64,000 bases of DNA from NCBI GenBank assembly GCA_963840455.1, contig CAWIYV010000011.1, positions 533,066-597,065 on the forward strand. The letters run 5' to 3'. The stretch is from Nitrospirota bacterium (lineage in GTDB: Bacteria; Nitrospirota; UBA9217). Position numbers and translations under genes: made by a program. This document shows positions 1 through 8,665 of the stretch, piece by piece. Within the stretch, counting starts at the first letter, position 1, and each line of letters begins with the position of its first letter. Below the pieces are notes generated by a model. That model had not been told where the DNA came from. It did not search any database and was given only the letters and a program-made list of their open reading frames with translations.

Positions 1-112
1 GCAGGATCTCTTCGTATCGGAACCATGGCATGACCTCCTTACGACCCTTTCCGACAGCCTCGGTTTTTCTCTAAGCGTCTATGCACAGACGGGAAGACTT
101 ATCTTCGCTCCG

Positions 113-2002
113 TTGACCGAGCATTCACAATGCGGTAGTTTCCTCGCAACCTCACCCGGCCTCGAATCTCAGTGCAAAGTATACTGCCATCCCCGCATCA
201 TGAACGTTCTCGCAACGGGCAAGCCTGACGTCTATAAATGCCTCGCAAAGATCATATGCTTTGCACTCCCCGTCGAATACCTGGGGGAAAAAGCGGTGAT
301 CCTGGGGCGCGGGTCCTTCTCCTCGTATGAGGATTTCCGCGAATACATGAATCTCGCGACAGCCGGTGGCGTAGACGCGATCGCGATAAGAGCGCCGCTC
401 ACGTTCACCAGCCAAGAGCAGGCGTGGAAAGTATGTCGTTTTGTTCATGATACGGTGAACCGGTCCCTCCTAAACATGCAGGAGACCGCGGCACTGAGAA
501 AGAAGTTCGATAGTCTCATGAGCGTCTTCTCGCTGTGGGGCTCTGCTACCGTGGAGCAGCCCGAAATGCGGTACCAGGACATGCTCTATAATCTTTCAAC
601 GCTGCTTGACATCAATCATATCACCATCCTCGCTCTCGATCGGGAGGCGGGCAGATATACCGGTCTGTACGGCATCTCCAAGAGCGGAGCCCCGACCGAG
701 GCGATCACCATCGACGAGAATGACACCGTCGTCAAAGAGCTGCTCAGCGGAAAACCATATATTCGCACCATGACACAGGTTGCCGGACCGTCCTCCAAAG
801 CGCCTGCCGACCGCGAGTCCCGGTTTCTTTTCCCGATCCTGGTGAACAAGACCCTGGGGGGGATCCTCTGCATCACCAACCAGATCCTTCTCGATCGAGA
901 CCGGCAGATCATCGCCGGATTCTGCAAGCAGACCGCGCTTTTCATAGAGAACTATCACTTGCACCAGGACCTCTATAAAAAGTTCAACCGGTTCGCCTTG
1001 ATGTCGGAGCTAAACCGGGCGATAACGCCGATCCAGAACTATGACACACTTCTCCAGATGATCCTTGACAAGTCCGCCGAGCTGCTGAAGGCGGAGCAGG
1101 GATCGCTCATGATGCTCGACCAGAAGACCGACGCCCTGCTCCTCGAAGCGAAGAAAGGCATCATTCAGGGAGTCTCGGGGAAGATCAGCATCCAGCGCGG
1201 CGTGGGAATCGCCGGCAGAGTGGCAGAACGCGGCGAACCCTACCTGGTGAAGGACCTCGAGGACGATCCGCGTATCAAGCAGAAGAACCGGAATCATTAC
1301 CGGACCCGGTCGTTCGTCAGCGTGCCGCTCAAGATCGCAGACCGGGTCATCGGCGTGCTTAACCTGTCGGATAAGACGACCGGCGAGGTCTTCGACGAGG
1401 AGGACCTGAAGCTCATCCAGTCCATTGCGACCCACGCCGCCGTCGTCGTGGAGCGGAACGAATTTTATGCAAAATCGGAGGAGCTCAAGAAGTTGACGAT
1501 CACCGATACCCTGACCGGCCTCTTGAACCGCAGATACCTGCAAGAACGGCTCAAAGACGAACTGGCGCGGTCGGAGCGGCATATCCACCCGATGAGCCTT
1601 CTCATGCTAGACCTGGACGGATTCAAATCCTGCAATGATAGCGAAGGGCACCTCGTGGGCGACAAGATTCTTCAGGAGGTAGCCGAGACCTTATTGAAGA
1701 CGGTGCGGTCCATGGACATCGTGGCACGGTATGGCGGGGACGAGTTTATGGTGATCCTGCCGGAAACCGGCGAGCCGGTTGCAATCGAGATCGGTGAGCG
1801 CCTACGCAACAGCGTGTCCACGGGTACAGCGTGGACCCGGAAAGCGGGTTCGGGTCTGGAGCCCTGTTCCTTGACGGCCAGCATCGGCATTGTCTGTTAT
1901 CCGGAGCACGGAGAGACCGGCGAACTCCTGCTCGAGAACGTTGATAAAGCGCTGTACCGCGCCAAGAACAAGGGGAAGAACAGGATCGAGGTATTCTCTT
2001 AG
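113..2002 (+). CDS. GAF-domain diguanylate cyclase (GGDEF)
   Basis: 629-aa ORF. C-terminal GGDEF active-site motif RYGGDEFMVIL, with an upstream region of GAF-like composition. The stop at 2000-2002 directly abuts the next gene. Confidence 0.85.
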   Translation: MTEHSQCGSFLATSPGLESQCKVYCHPRIMNVLATGKPDVYKCLAKIICFALPVEYLGEKAVILGRGSFSSYEDFREYMNLATAGGVDAIAIRAPLTFTSQEQAWKVCRFVHDTVNRSLLNMQETAALRKKFDSLMSVFSLWGSATVEQPEMRYQDMLYNLSTLLDINHITILALDREAGRYTGLYGISKSGAPTEAITIDENDTVVKELLSGKPYIRTMTQVAGPSSKAPADRESRFLFPILVNKTLGGILCITNQILLDRDRQIIAGFCKQTALFIENYHLHQDLYKKFNRFALMSELNRAITPIQNYDTLLQMILDKSAELLKAEQGSLMMLDQKTDALLLEAKKGIIQGVSGKISIQRGVGIAGRVAERGEPYLVKDLEDDPRIKQKNRNHYRTRSFVSVPLKIADRVIGVLNLSDKTTGEVFDEEDLKLIQSIATHAAVVVERNEFYAKSEELKKLTITDTLTGLLNRRYLQERLKDELARSERHIHPMSLLMLDLDGFKSCNDSEGHLVGDKILQEVAETLLKTVRSMDIVARYGGDEFMVILPETGEPVAIEIGERLRNSVSTGTAWTRKAGSGLEPCSLTASIGIVCYPEHGETGELLLENVDKALYRAKNKGKNRIEVFS

Positions 2003-2003
2003 C

Positions 2004-3674
2004 ATGCTATTCAGCTCACTCCCGGAAAAGGATTTCGTCGGCAAACAGGAAGAGCTGGACGGGCTCACGAAGCGGATCGTCCTTGCGCACGGAAGCCAGG
2101 CCAGGAGCGCGGTTCTGTCAGGCCCCCGGGGCATGGGGAAGACGGAGCTGCTCAAGCAGCTTTTCGGGCGCCTGTTCTGGGGGCATGACCGCGTCGCCCC
2201 GTTCTTTTATGCGGCCAGTCCGGCGGTGCTGTCCGCGAAAGCCTTTTCCCGCACCTATCTGGTCCAGTTCCTGTCCCAGAGGCTCGCGTATCAGAAAAAG
2301 GAACAGGCCCTTCTCTACCATGACGGGATTTCGATCGATGATATAGCGACGCTCGCGGAGGAGCGGGGGGCGACGTGGGCAAGGGACATCCTTGACCGCT
2401 ATGAACGGAGCGCCTCTGAACCTCTCGATGCGCTGCGCATTGCCCTCAATGCTCCCCACCTGTCAGTGCTGGCCACCGGGACGCCGGTAGCGGTCCTGAT
2501 CGATGAGTTTCAGCGGCTCAAAGGCATCACGATCGAAGGGAACCCCGACCCCAAGCTGGTCTCTCTCTTCGAAGAGCCGATGGCTTCCGGGAAAACGCCC
2601 CATCTGATCTCCGGGAACGATCCGGAGATCCAGGAAATGGCCGTTGCGCAAGGCCTTGAACGGATACCCGTCCAGCCGCTGGGAGCCGAGAGCGCAATGT
2701 CGAGGGCTCGCGCGCTCCTCGCTGTGCATGGGGCCGAAGGCACCATACCCCATCTTCTCCTGCGGCATCTCGGCGGCAATCCCTTTTACCTGGCGTGTGT
2801 CATACGGACGGCATGTGCGAAGAAGGTCCTTGACGAGAAGGATTTCTGGAATGCCTATGTCCGGGAGATCATGGAAGGTCCTCTCTCGCTCTCGTGGTCC
2901 GCTGTCCTCAAGGACTTTTTCCCGGACCTGGAGGTGCGCAGGGCCGCCCTCGCAATGGCCTTCATGATGTGCCACGCGGCGGACCCCCACCCCCGCCGAT
3001 GGTTCGCAAAATCCCTTGGGCTGACAGACGCTCAGGTGAGCGCCACGGCGCACTCCTTGTATCTCGCCGGTCTCATCCGCGGGGAGTTCGGTGTATTCAG
3101 GGCAACGGAAGACCGGGTCGTCCGGGATATCCTTGAGGAGCTCTACCAGAAGGAGATCCTCGCAAAGTCCCGCCATGAACGGGAACGGCTCTTCCTTGAA
3201 TCATTGCTCCCGCAAAAGGAGAACGCCGTTCACTTTGAAATGACCATCCCCATGGTCAAGGAATCAGAGCTTGTCGTCGCGCAATGTCTCGAGCAGATCG
3301 GCAAGAACCTCCAACTCAACGAGGACGCCATAGGACAGATGCAGATAGCCGTGATCGAGGCATGCATCAACGCCATAGAACATGGCAAGGGAATGGATAA
3401 TAAGGTCCGGATAGTCGTTGCCGTGGAGATGGGCCGCCTTGAGGTATCGATCGAAAGCGCTGGGCCGGAGTTCATCGTGCAGGAGACCGGCGAGCCGTTT
3501 GGCGACCAGGCGGCTGCGAAGGCGTCGGGCAGAGGATGGGGCGTAAAGCTCATGAAACGCTTTGCCGATGAGGTCGTGTTCGAAAGGACCGCCCAGGGTA
3601 CGCGGACGGTCCTTATTAAAAATCTTGGAACATCCACTGGTGCGCGGAAGGAGGATACGGCAAATCGTGAGTAA
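2004..3674 (+). CDS. AAA/STAND-like NTPase fused to an RsbW/SpoIIAB-type anti-sigma serine kinase (GHKL ATPase)
   Basis: ATG at 2004 lies 2 nt after the upstream stop. N-terminal Walker A GPRGMGKTELL and Walker B VAVLIDEF. C-terminal IAVIEACINAIEHG...GRGWGVKLMKRFADEV is typical of HATPase_c anti-sigma kinases. Confidence 0.75.
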   Translation: MLFSSLPEKDFVGKQEELDGLTKRIVLAHGSQARSAVLSGPRGMGKTELLKQLFGRLFWGHDRVAPFFYAASPAVLSAKAFSRTYLVQFLSQRLAYQKKEQALLYHDGISIDDIATLAEERGATWARDILDRYERSASEPLDALRIALNAPHLSVLATGTPVAVLIDEFQRLKGITIEGNPDPKLVSLFEEPMASGKTPHLISGNDPEIQEMAVAQGLERIPVQPLGAESAMSRARALLAVHGAEGTIPHLLLRHLGGNPFYLACVIRTACAKKVLDEKDFWNAYVREIMEGPLSLSWSAVLKDFFPDLEVRRAALAMAFMMCHAADPHPRRWFAKSLGLTDAQVSATAHSLYLAGLIRGEFGVFRATEDRVVRDILEELYQKEILAKSRHERERLFLESLLPQKENAVHFEMTIPMVKESELVVAQCLEQIGKNLQLNEDAIGQMQIAVIEACINAIEHGKGMDNKVRIVVAVEMGRLEVSIESAGPEFIVQETGEPFGDQAAAKASGRGWGVKLMKRFADEVVFERTAQGTRTVLIKNLGTSTGARKEDTANRE

Positions 3675-3714
3675 TTTTTCGTTGTCATCAAAATCAACAA
3701 AGGACGCGGTCGTC

Positions 3715-4032
3715 ATGATGCCCAAAGGGTACATCAATGACATGGGAGCGGTGAGCCTGGAGCAGACAAGCGAACAGCTCCTCGGGAAGGGTGCAAAAAC
3801 GCTCATCGTGAATTTCGCCGACGTCCAATATATAAACACCATCGGGGTCTCCATTTTTACCGGCATGGTTCATAAGACACAGGAACACAACAGCGTGCTC
3901 TGCTTTACCAATTTGAAGAAGGTCCACCGGGATGTATTTGAGATGATGGGCCTGATAAAGCACGTAAAGGTGTTTAACAACGAAGAGGACGCCCTGAGGT
4001 CCTTGAGGCGAAAGGAGAGCAATGCTGAATAA
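3715..4032 (+). CDS. STAS-domain anti-sigma factor antagonist (RsbV/SpoIIAA-like)
   Basis: ~105-aa product with a STAS-like pattern (TLIVNFADVQYINTIGVSIF). AGGA lies ~10 nt upstream of the ATG. The gene sits immediately downstream of the RsbW-like kinase. Confidence 0.75.
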   Translation: MMPKGYINDMGAVSLEQTSEQLLGKGAKTLIVNFADVQYINTIGVSIFTGMVHKTQEHNSVLCFTNLKKVHRDVFEMMGLIKHVKVFNNEEDALRSLRRKESNAE

Positions 4033-5245
4033 GAAACTGGATCTCAAGCGGTTGCTGTTCAGCATGGCGTCACTGGTCGACCTGGGACAGGAAGCGACCT
4101 CCTCGAAGGACCTCAGTGCGAAAATGAAGGCGGCGCTCTACGTCATCACGGGCATGTTTTCCGTGCCGACGGCGGCCCTGTTCGTGTACCACCCTCAGCG
4201 AAAACTTCTCCGGCTCTTCGTCGAAAAAGGGCGCCGGGTCAGGGAACGGCAAGTCAAAGGGCTTCCCCTCCTTCCGGAGCACATCAAGCGATTCCGGATG
4301 AATGATCCGCATACGCTTCGCGACATGGCAGAGAGCGCCTTCTTTGTCCGGAATAAGGAGGTGTTCAGCGATCTGCAGACAACGATCTTTCTTCCCCTTT
4401 TTGCTAAAGGCGATTTCGTCGGCGCCATCGCGCTCGGCCAGAAGCTGGGGAGAGCACCCTTCCGCCAAGGGGAAAAGGACGTCCTCCGGGTGATCGCGCA
4501 TCAAATGGCGATAACCCTTCACAATGCGCGGCTGTTCCTGGAGGTGGCCAAAAAGGCCGCGGAAAACAAAAAACTCTATTCCAGCATGCAGCAGATCTAC
4601 CAGGACACCATTCAGGCCTTTGCTACCGCGATCGACGCCAAGGACGAGTATACCAAGGACCATTCTTACCGGGTGGCCAGCTATGCCGTCGCGATCGCGC
4701 GCGAGCTCGGCTGGAAAAAGAAGGATGTCGAGGGCATCTATATCGCCGGCCTTCTCCATGACATCGGGAAGATCATTATTGATGTCAAGGTCATCAATAA
4801 GGGAGCAACACTTTCGACCCCTGAGTTGACGGAGATCAGAAAGCATCCTCAGATATCGTACGATATCCTGTCAAAGATCAGGTTCCCGTGGAAAAATATC
4901 GAGAACTTCGTCCGGCACCACCATGAGCGCATGGACGGGAAAGGGTATCCCGATTCACTGAAGGAGGCGGAATTGAGCGATGGCGTAAAGATCCTCGCGC
5001 TGGTAGACGCCTTTGACGCCATGACATCAGACCGGCCATACCGGGACAAGCTTCCTGTCAGCGAGGCATTGAAGGAAGTAATGCGGTGCAAAGGGACCCA
5101 GTTCGACACCAAGATCACGAACACGTTCTTCAATGTCCTGCGCAAGGAACTGAACGGCGAGGTCAAAGAACCCCATATCCTTCCTCATTTGCATAGCCTG
5201 GACAGCAGCAAGTTCAAGGCACTTTCATCGAATTCCGCCAGGTGA
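4022..5245 (+). CDS. GAF-domain HD-GYP phosphodiesterase (c-di-GMP hydrolysis)
   Basis: HD motif LLHDIGK and HHERMDGKGYP (HD-GYP) in the C-terminal half, with a GAF-like N-terminal half. AAGGAG RBS. Start overlaps the STAS gene stop. Confidence 0.85.
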   Translation: MLNKKLDLKRLLFSMASLVDLGQEATSSKDLSAKMKAALYVITGMFSVPTAALFVYHPQRKLLRLFVEKGRRVRERQVKGLPLLPEHIKRFRMNDPHTLRDMAESAFFVRNKEVFSDLQTTIFLPLFAKGDFVGAIALGQKLGRAPFRQGEKDVLRVIAHQMAITLHNARLFLEVAKKAAENKKLYSSMQQIYQDTIQAFATAIDAKDEYTKDHSYRVASYAVAIARELGWKKKDVEGIYIAGLLHDIGKIIIDVKVINKGATLSTPELTEIRKHPQISYDILSKIRFPWKNIENFVRHHHERMDGKGYPDSLKEAELSDGVKILALVDAFDAMTSDRPYRDKLPVSEALKEVMRCKGTQFDTKITNTFFNVLRKELNGEVKEPHILPHLHSLDSSKFKALSSNSAR

Positions 5246-5723
5246 TCAGCGCATCGGGTCGCTCTTCCGTAGGTCGTTTCAATATCAATGGTGCAGGATC
5301 ATTTCTGGCAGCGCCTTCTTCGGCGCTGCCGTGCACAGCTGGCGCAATGCCTCCCGCCATCCTGCATATCACGATCAGTTCCTCACTGAGCCCGGTCCTT
5401 TACCCCTGTCTGCGGTCCTTCGCGTCGCTCAGAGCCTGTCCTGAGCATAGCGAAGATGGCTGTCCGCCTCGCTCTGCAACCGCTTGTCCTGAATCCTGTC
5501 TGTTTTTTTCCATGAACCACGCCTCCAGGCACTCTCCTGCCCCCTGATATTGTCACCGTATAAGAGTACAGGTCCGGCCATTCGAAAATCGAATACCCAC
5601 CCTCCGAGAATCATACAACGGCCTGACACACGGGGCGTATTTCCTGATGATGCATGCTCCCCGCTGGAGCACAACATCCTGTTCCTGAACGTTTTTTTTC
5701 ATCGCACGCAATACGGCGCCTTC

Positions 5724-5739
5724 TGGCACGGACAATGCA
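5724..5739 (+). promoter_or_regulatory. candidate sigma-54 (-24/-12) promoter TGGCACGGACAATGCA
   Basis: GG and GC dinucleotides separated by exactly 10 nt, in a TGGCAC-N5-xTGCA context. Lies ~50 bp upstream of the PP2C gene start at 5787. A sigma-54-dependent activator gene is present in the window (15596..16942). Confidence 0.4.
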
Positions 5740-5786
5740 ATCTATCAGACCAGTAGTACGGAAAAAATCAGCTTTGGGGGTGCCTC

Positions 5787-6695
5787 ATGATGCAACGGAT
5801 CGCCAATTTCGTCAGAGCGCTCTTCGGAATGGAGACATCCTGGAGCATCATGACTCTTTCCCGCGTCGGGATCGATCCGGTCACCGCGCGCTCTCTGACA
5901 CAGGTGCTCCAGCCCGCACACACGATACGGCTGAGACCGGAACCGGCGGAGGAAGACCCTGCAGCCGGCGTCCCCGGGCTTCTTTGGCACGGGATCACCG
6001 ACACCGGCCTCGTGAGAGACCATAATGAGGACAGCTTTTCGCTCCTCGATCTGGGGAACCGTGCGCTGTTCGTCGTGGCCGACGGCATGGGCGGCCATGA
6101 TGCCGGCGAAGTGGCGAGCCGCATCGCCGTTGATGCGGTGCGCCGGGAAGTACGCAACAACACCATGCCTTACGAGGCCCCCCTCATGACCGTTGAACGG
6201 GCGGTTCAGCAGGCAAATGCGGAGGTCAGGCGCGAAGCAGCGCGCAAGGGATCGAACATGGGCACGACGCTCTGCGTAGCGCTCGTAACCGACGGCGCGG
6301 CATATATCGGCAGCGTGGGGGACAGCAGGGCCTACTGGATGGAGAACGGTTCCATCTCCCAGATCACCGAGGACCACTCCCTGGTGGCGAAGCTGGTGGC
6401 AGCCGGGAAGTTGTCACAACAGGAGGCCAGGAACCACCCCCGGTCCAACCTGCTCTACCGCACCATCGGGACCGACGAAACGGTCAAGGCCGGCATGTTC
6501 CGGGTCGAACTGAAGAAAGGCGGCACGCTCCTGCTCTGCACTGACGGGCTCTGGGGGGATGTGGATGAGGAAGAGATCCGCAGGATCTGCACCGAAGAGC
6601 CGTATACCGAGATCGTTTGCGCCAGGCTGGTACAGCGTGCGAACGCGAACGGCGGCAAGGACAACATCACCGCAGTGGTGGTTAAGGTCCTCTGA
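5787..6695 (+). CDS. PP2C-family Ser/Thr protein phosphatase
   Basis: Motifs VVADGMGGHDAGEVAS, GTTL and TDGLW...GGKDNITAVVV. A ~70-aa N-terminal extension precedes the catalytic domain, so the true start may be internal. Confidence 0.85.
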   Translation: MMQRIANFVRALFGMETSWSIMTLSRVGIDPVTARSLTQVLQPAHTIRLRPEPAEEDPAAGVPGLLWHGITDTGLVRDHNEDSFSLLDLGNRALFVVADGMGGHDAGEVASRIAVDAVRREVRNNTMPYEAPLMTVERAVQQANAEVRREAARKGSNMGTTLCVALVTDGAAYIGSVGDSRAYWMENGSISQITEDHSLVAKLVAAGKLSQQEARNHPRSNLLYRTIGTDETVKAGMFRVELKKGGTLLLCTDGLWGDVDEEEIRRICTEEPYTEIVCARLVQRANANGGKDNITAVVVKVL

Positions 6696-6768
6696 TGGCG
6701 AAGCCCCGCGCATGGCTCCTGGAATGAATGAAATACAAGGTCCAACGTTGTAAAAGGAGGTACAGAAC

Positions 6769-8019
6769 ATGAAGAACGAACTGAACATCCGATGCGTCAT
6801 GAGCAAGGATGCGCTGACGGTGACCGGGGCGGAGCAGGCGGTCTATGCGCTCGTGGATATCAAGGCGGTGAGCAGCGGACAGCACCGCACCATGCCGGCG
6901 AACTTCGGCCTGGTGCTCGACCGGAGCGGCTCCATGGACGGCGAGAAGATGGAGAATCTGAAGGAGGCAGCGGGCTACGTGGTGGACCACTTGAATGATA
7001 ACGACCTCGTTTCCGTTACGGTCTTCGATGACCAGGTCGAGACGATTATCCCGAACCAGCCCCTGAAGGACCGCGAAGAGGTCAAGTCCCGGCTCGGATC
7101 GGTCATCCCCCGCGGCGGCACCCAGATCTCGGACGGGCTCAAGGCCGGTCTGGCGGAGGCCTGGAAGGGATTCTCCAAGGACCGCGTAAACCGCATACTC
7201 CTGCTCACCGACGGCCAGACGTGGGACGATGAGGCCGCGTGCCTCACGCTCGCCGACGAGGCAGGAAGAAAGGGCATCGCCGTTACGAGCATCGGCATCG
7301 GCGATGAGTGGAATGAGAAGCTCCTGCTCCAGCTCGCCGAGCGCTCTCACGGCAATTCGCACTGGATCCAGAATCCCATCGCCATCCTCGACGCGTTCCG
7401 GCAGGAGGTCGAGGGGGCGCAATCTGTCGCGGCAACGAACCTCAGCATGACGGCGCGCATGAGCCCGGGAGTCAAACCGGTGAAGGCATACGCCACCATG
7501 CCCATGATCTCCGACATGAGCACGAAGGCCGTGAACGGTCAGAACATCATGGCCGACCTGGGCTCCCTGGACAGCAGGCGGGGACAGGCAATGCTCATTG
7601 AAGTGCGAGTACCGCCCCAAAAGGCCGGCAAATTCCGGCTGGGCCAGGTAGAGGTCACCTATGACGTGCCCTCCCGGGGGATCAAGGGGCAAAGCGTCAA
7701 GGCGGACCTGTTCGTCATGTTCACTGATGACGCCGCAGCCGCGGCAAAGGTGAACGCCGAGGCGATGAACCTCGTTGAGAAGGTGAGCGCTTTCAAGCTC
7801 CAGACCCGGGCGCTCACCGAGGCCGAGGCGGGCAATATCGCCGCAGCGACGCAGAAGCTTCAGTCCGCTGCCACGGTACTTCTGAACCTGGGCGAGGACG
7901 AGCTCGCCGAGGCGGCGGAGAAGGAGATCCTGTCGCTCAAGAGGACCGGGGCCTTCACCGCAGCAGGGACGAAGAAGCTCGAATACGGCACCCGAAAACT
8001 GACGCAGGCATTGAAATAA
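6769..8019 (+). CDS. von Willebrand factor type A (vWA) domain protein
   Basis: MIDAS motif LVLDRSGSMDG, plus ILLLTDGQTWDDE. Strong AGGAGG RBS before the ATG. The C-terminal half is helical and low-complexity. Confidence 0.8.
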   Translation: MKNELNIRCVMSKDALTVTGAEQAVYALVDIKAVSSGQHRTMPANFGLVLDRSGSMDGEKMENLKEAAGYVVDHLNDNDLVSVTVFDDQVETIIPNQPLKDREEVKSRLGSVIPRGGTQISDGLKAGLAEAWKGFSKDRVNRILLLTDGQTWDDEAACLTLADEAGRKGIAVTSIGIGDEWNEKLLLQLAERSHGNSHWIQNPIAILDAFRQEVEGAQSVAATNLSMTARMSPGVKPVKAYATMPMISDMSTKAVNGQNIMADLGSLDSRRGQAMLIEVRVPPQKAGKFRLGQVEVTYDVPSRGIKGQSVKADLFVMFTDDAAAAAKVNAEAMNLVEKVSAFKLQTRALTEAEAGNIAAATQKLQSAATVLLNLGEDELAEAAEKEILSLKRTGAFTAAGTKKLEYGTRKLTQALK

Positions 8020-8110
8020 TTGCATAGGGCAGAGAGATGACCGCAATGGCTTGAACGCCATGCTCTCTGCGCCATGCGCTATGCATGATCCTAAAAAGGA
8101 GGACATACCC

Positions 8111-8554
8111 ATGAAATGCACAGAGTGTCAGACGGAGTACATCGAAGGCGCGCTCTTCTGCGAGGAATGCGGGGCGAAGATCGGGACCGCGAGTCAACTG
8201 ATTGACGCTGCAGGAACAATGGCCGATAAAGGGACGGCCCTGGTGCTCGCGTCCCCCGGCGGCGGTACGCTGGACATCCCGGACAAGGACGAAGTGGTCA
8301 TCGGCAGGGAAGACCCCATCAGCGAGGTGTTCCCCGACGTGGACCTGACAGACCTCGGCGGCATGGAGAACGGTGTATCGCGCAAGCACGCGGTCATCCA
8401 TCGGTCAGGAACGGACTATACCGTTGAGGACATGGGCTCCACGAACGGGACCTATATCAATAAAAAACGCATCCAGCCCCATGTGCCGCAGGCGATCAAG
8501 GCCGGCGACGAGGTCAGGTTCGGCAAACTGGCATTCTCGCTCGAGGCGGCATAA
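8111..8554 (+). CDS. zinc-ribbon plus FHA domain protein
   Basis: N-terminal CTECQ...FCEECGAK zinc ribbon. C-terminal FHA pattern (VVIGRED...GVSRKHAVI...STNGTYIN...VRFG). AAGGAGG RBS before the ATG at 8111; the ORF is open further upstream but without an RBS. Confidence 0.75.
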   Translation: MKCTECQTEYIEGALFCEECGAKIGTASQLIDAAGTMADKGTALVLASPGGGTLDIPDKDEVVIGREDPISEVFPDVDLTDLGGMENGVSRKHAVIHRSGTDYTVEDMGSTNGTYINKKRIQPHVPQAIKAGDEVRFGKLAFSLEAA

Positions 8555-8665
8555 CGCGAATGCAGAGCGCGGAATTCGGAGTGCGGAGTGATGAATCTAA
8601 AGAAGGAACCTGTTCTTATTCCGCATTCCGCACTCACCATTCCGCATTATGAAACGGAGGTACCA

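Noticed and set aside
1-40. Possible 5' end of a minus-strand gene (ATGCCATGGTTCCGATACGAAGAG...) running off the left edge
   Set aside because: Only ~12 codons are visible, too little to support a call.
5307-5330. Perfect 9-bp GC hairpin GGCAGCGCC-ttcttc-GGCGCTGCC after the HD-GYP gene as an intrinsic terminator
   Set aside because: No U-rich tract follows on either strand. It may still be a structural or protein-binding element but cannot be called a terminator from sequence.
6682-8121. 479-aa minus-strand ORF antisense to the vWA gene, and many similar long antisense ORFs (8932..10029, 15569..16570, 20645..21832, 21833..22912, 23410..24816, 31512..33629, 35582..37231, 40794..43562, 47190..48650)
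   Set aside because: Each fully overlaps a gene with clear catalytic motifs on the opposite strand. Translations are Arg/Gly/Pro/Ala/His-rich with no recognisable motifs, as expected for spurious open frames in >60% GC DNA.
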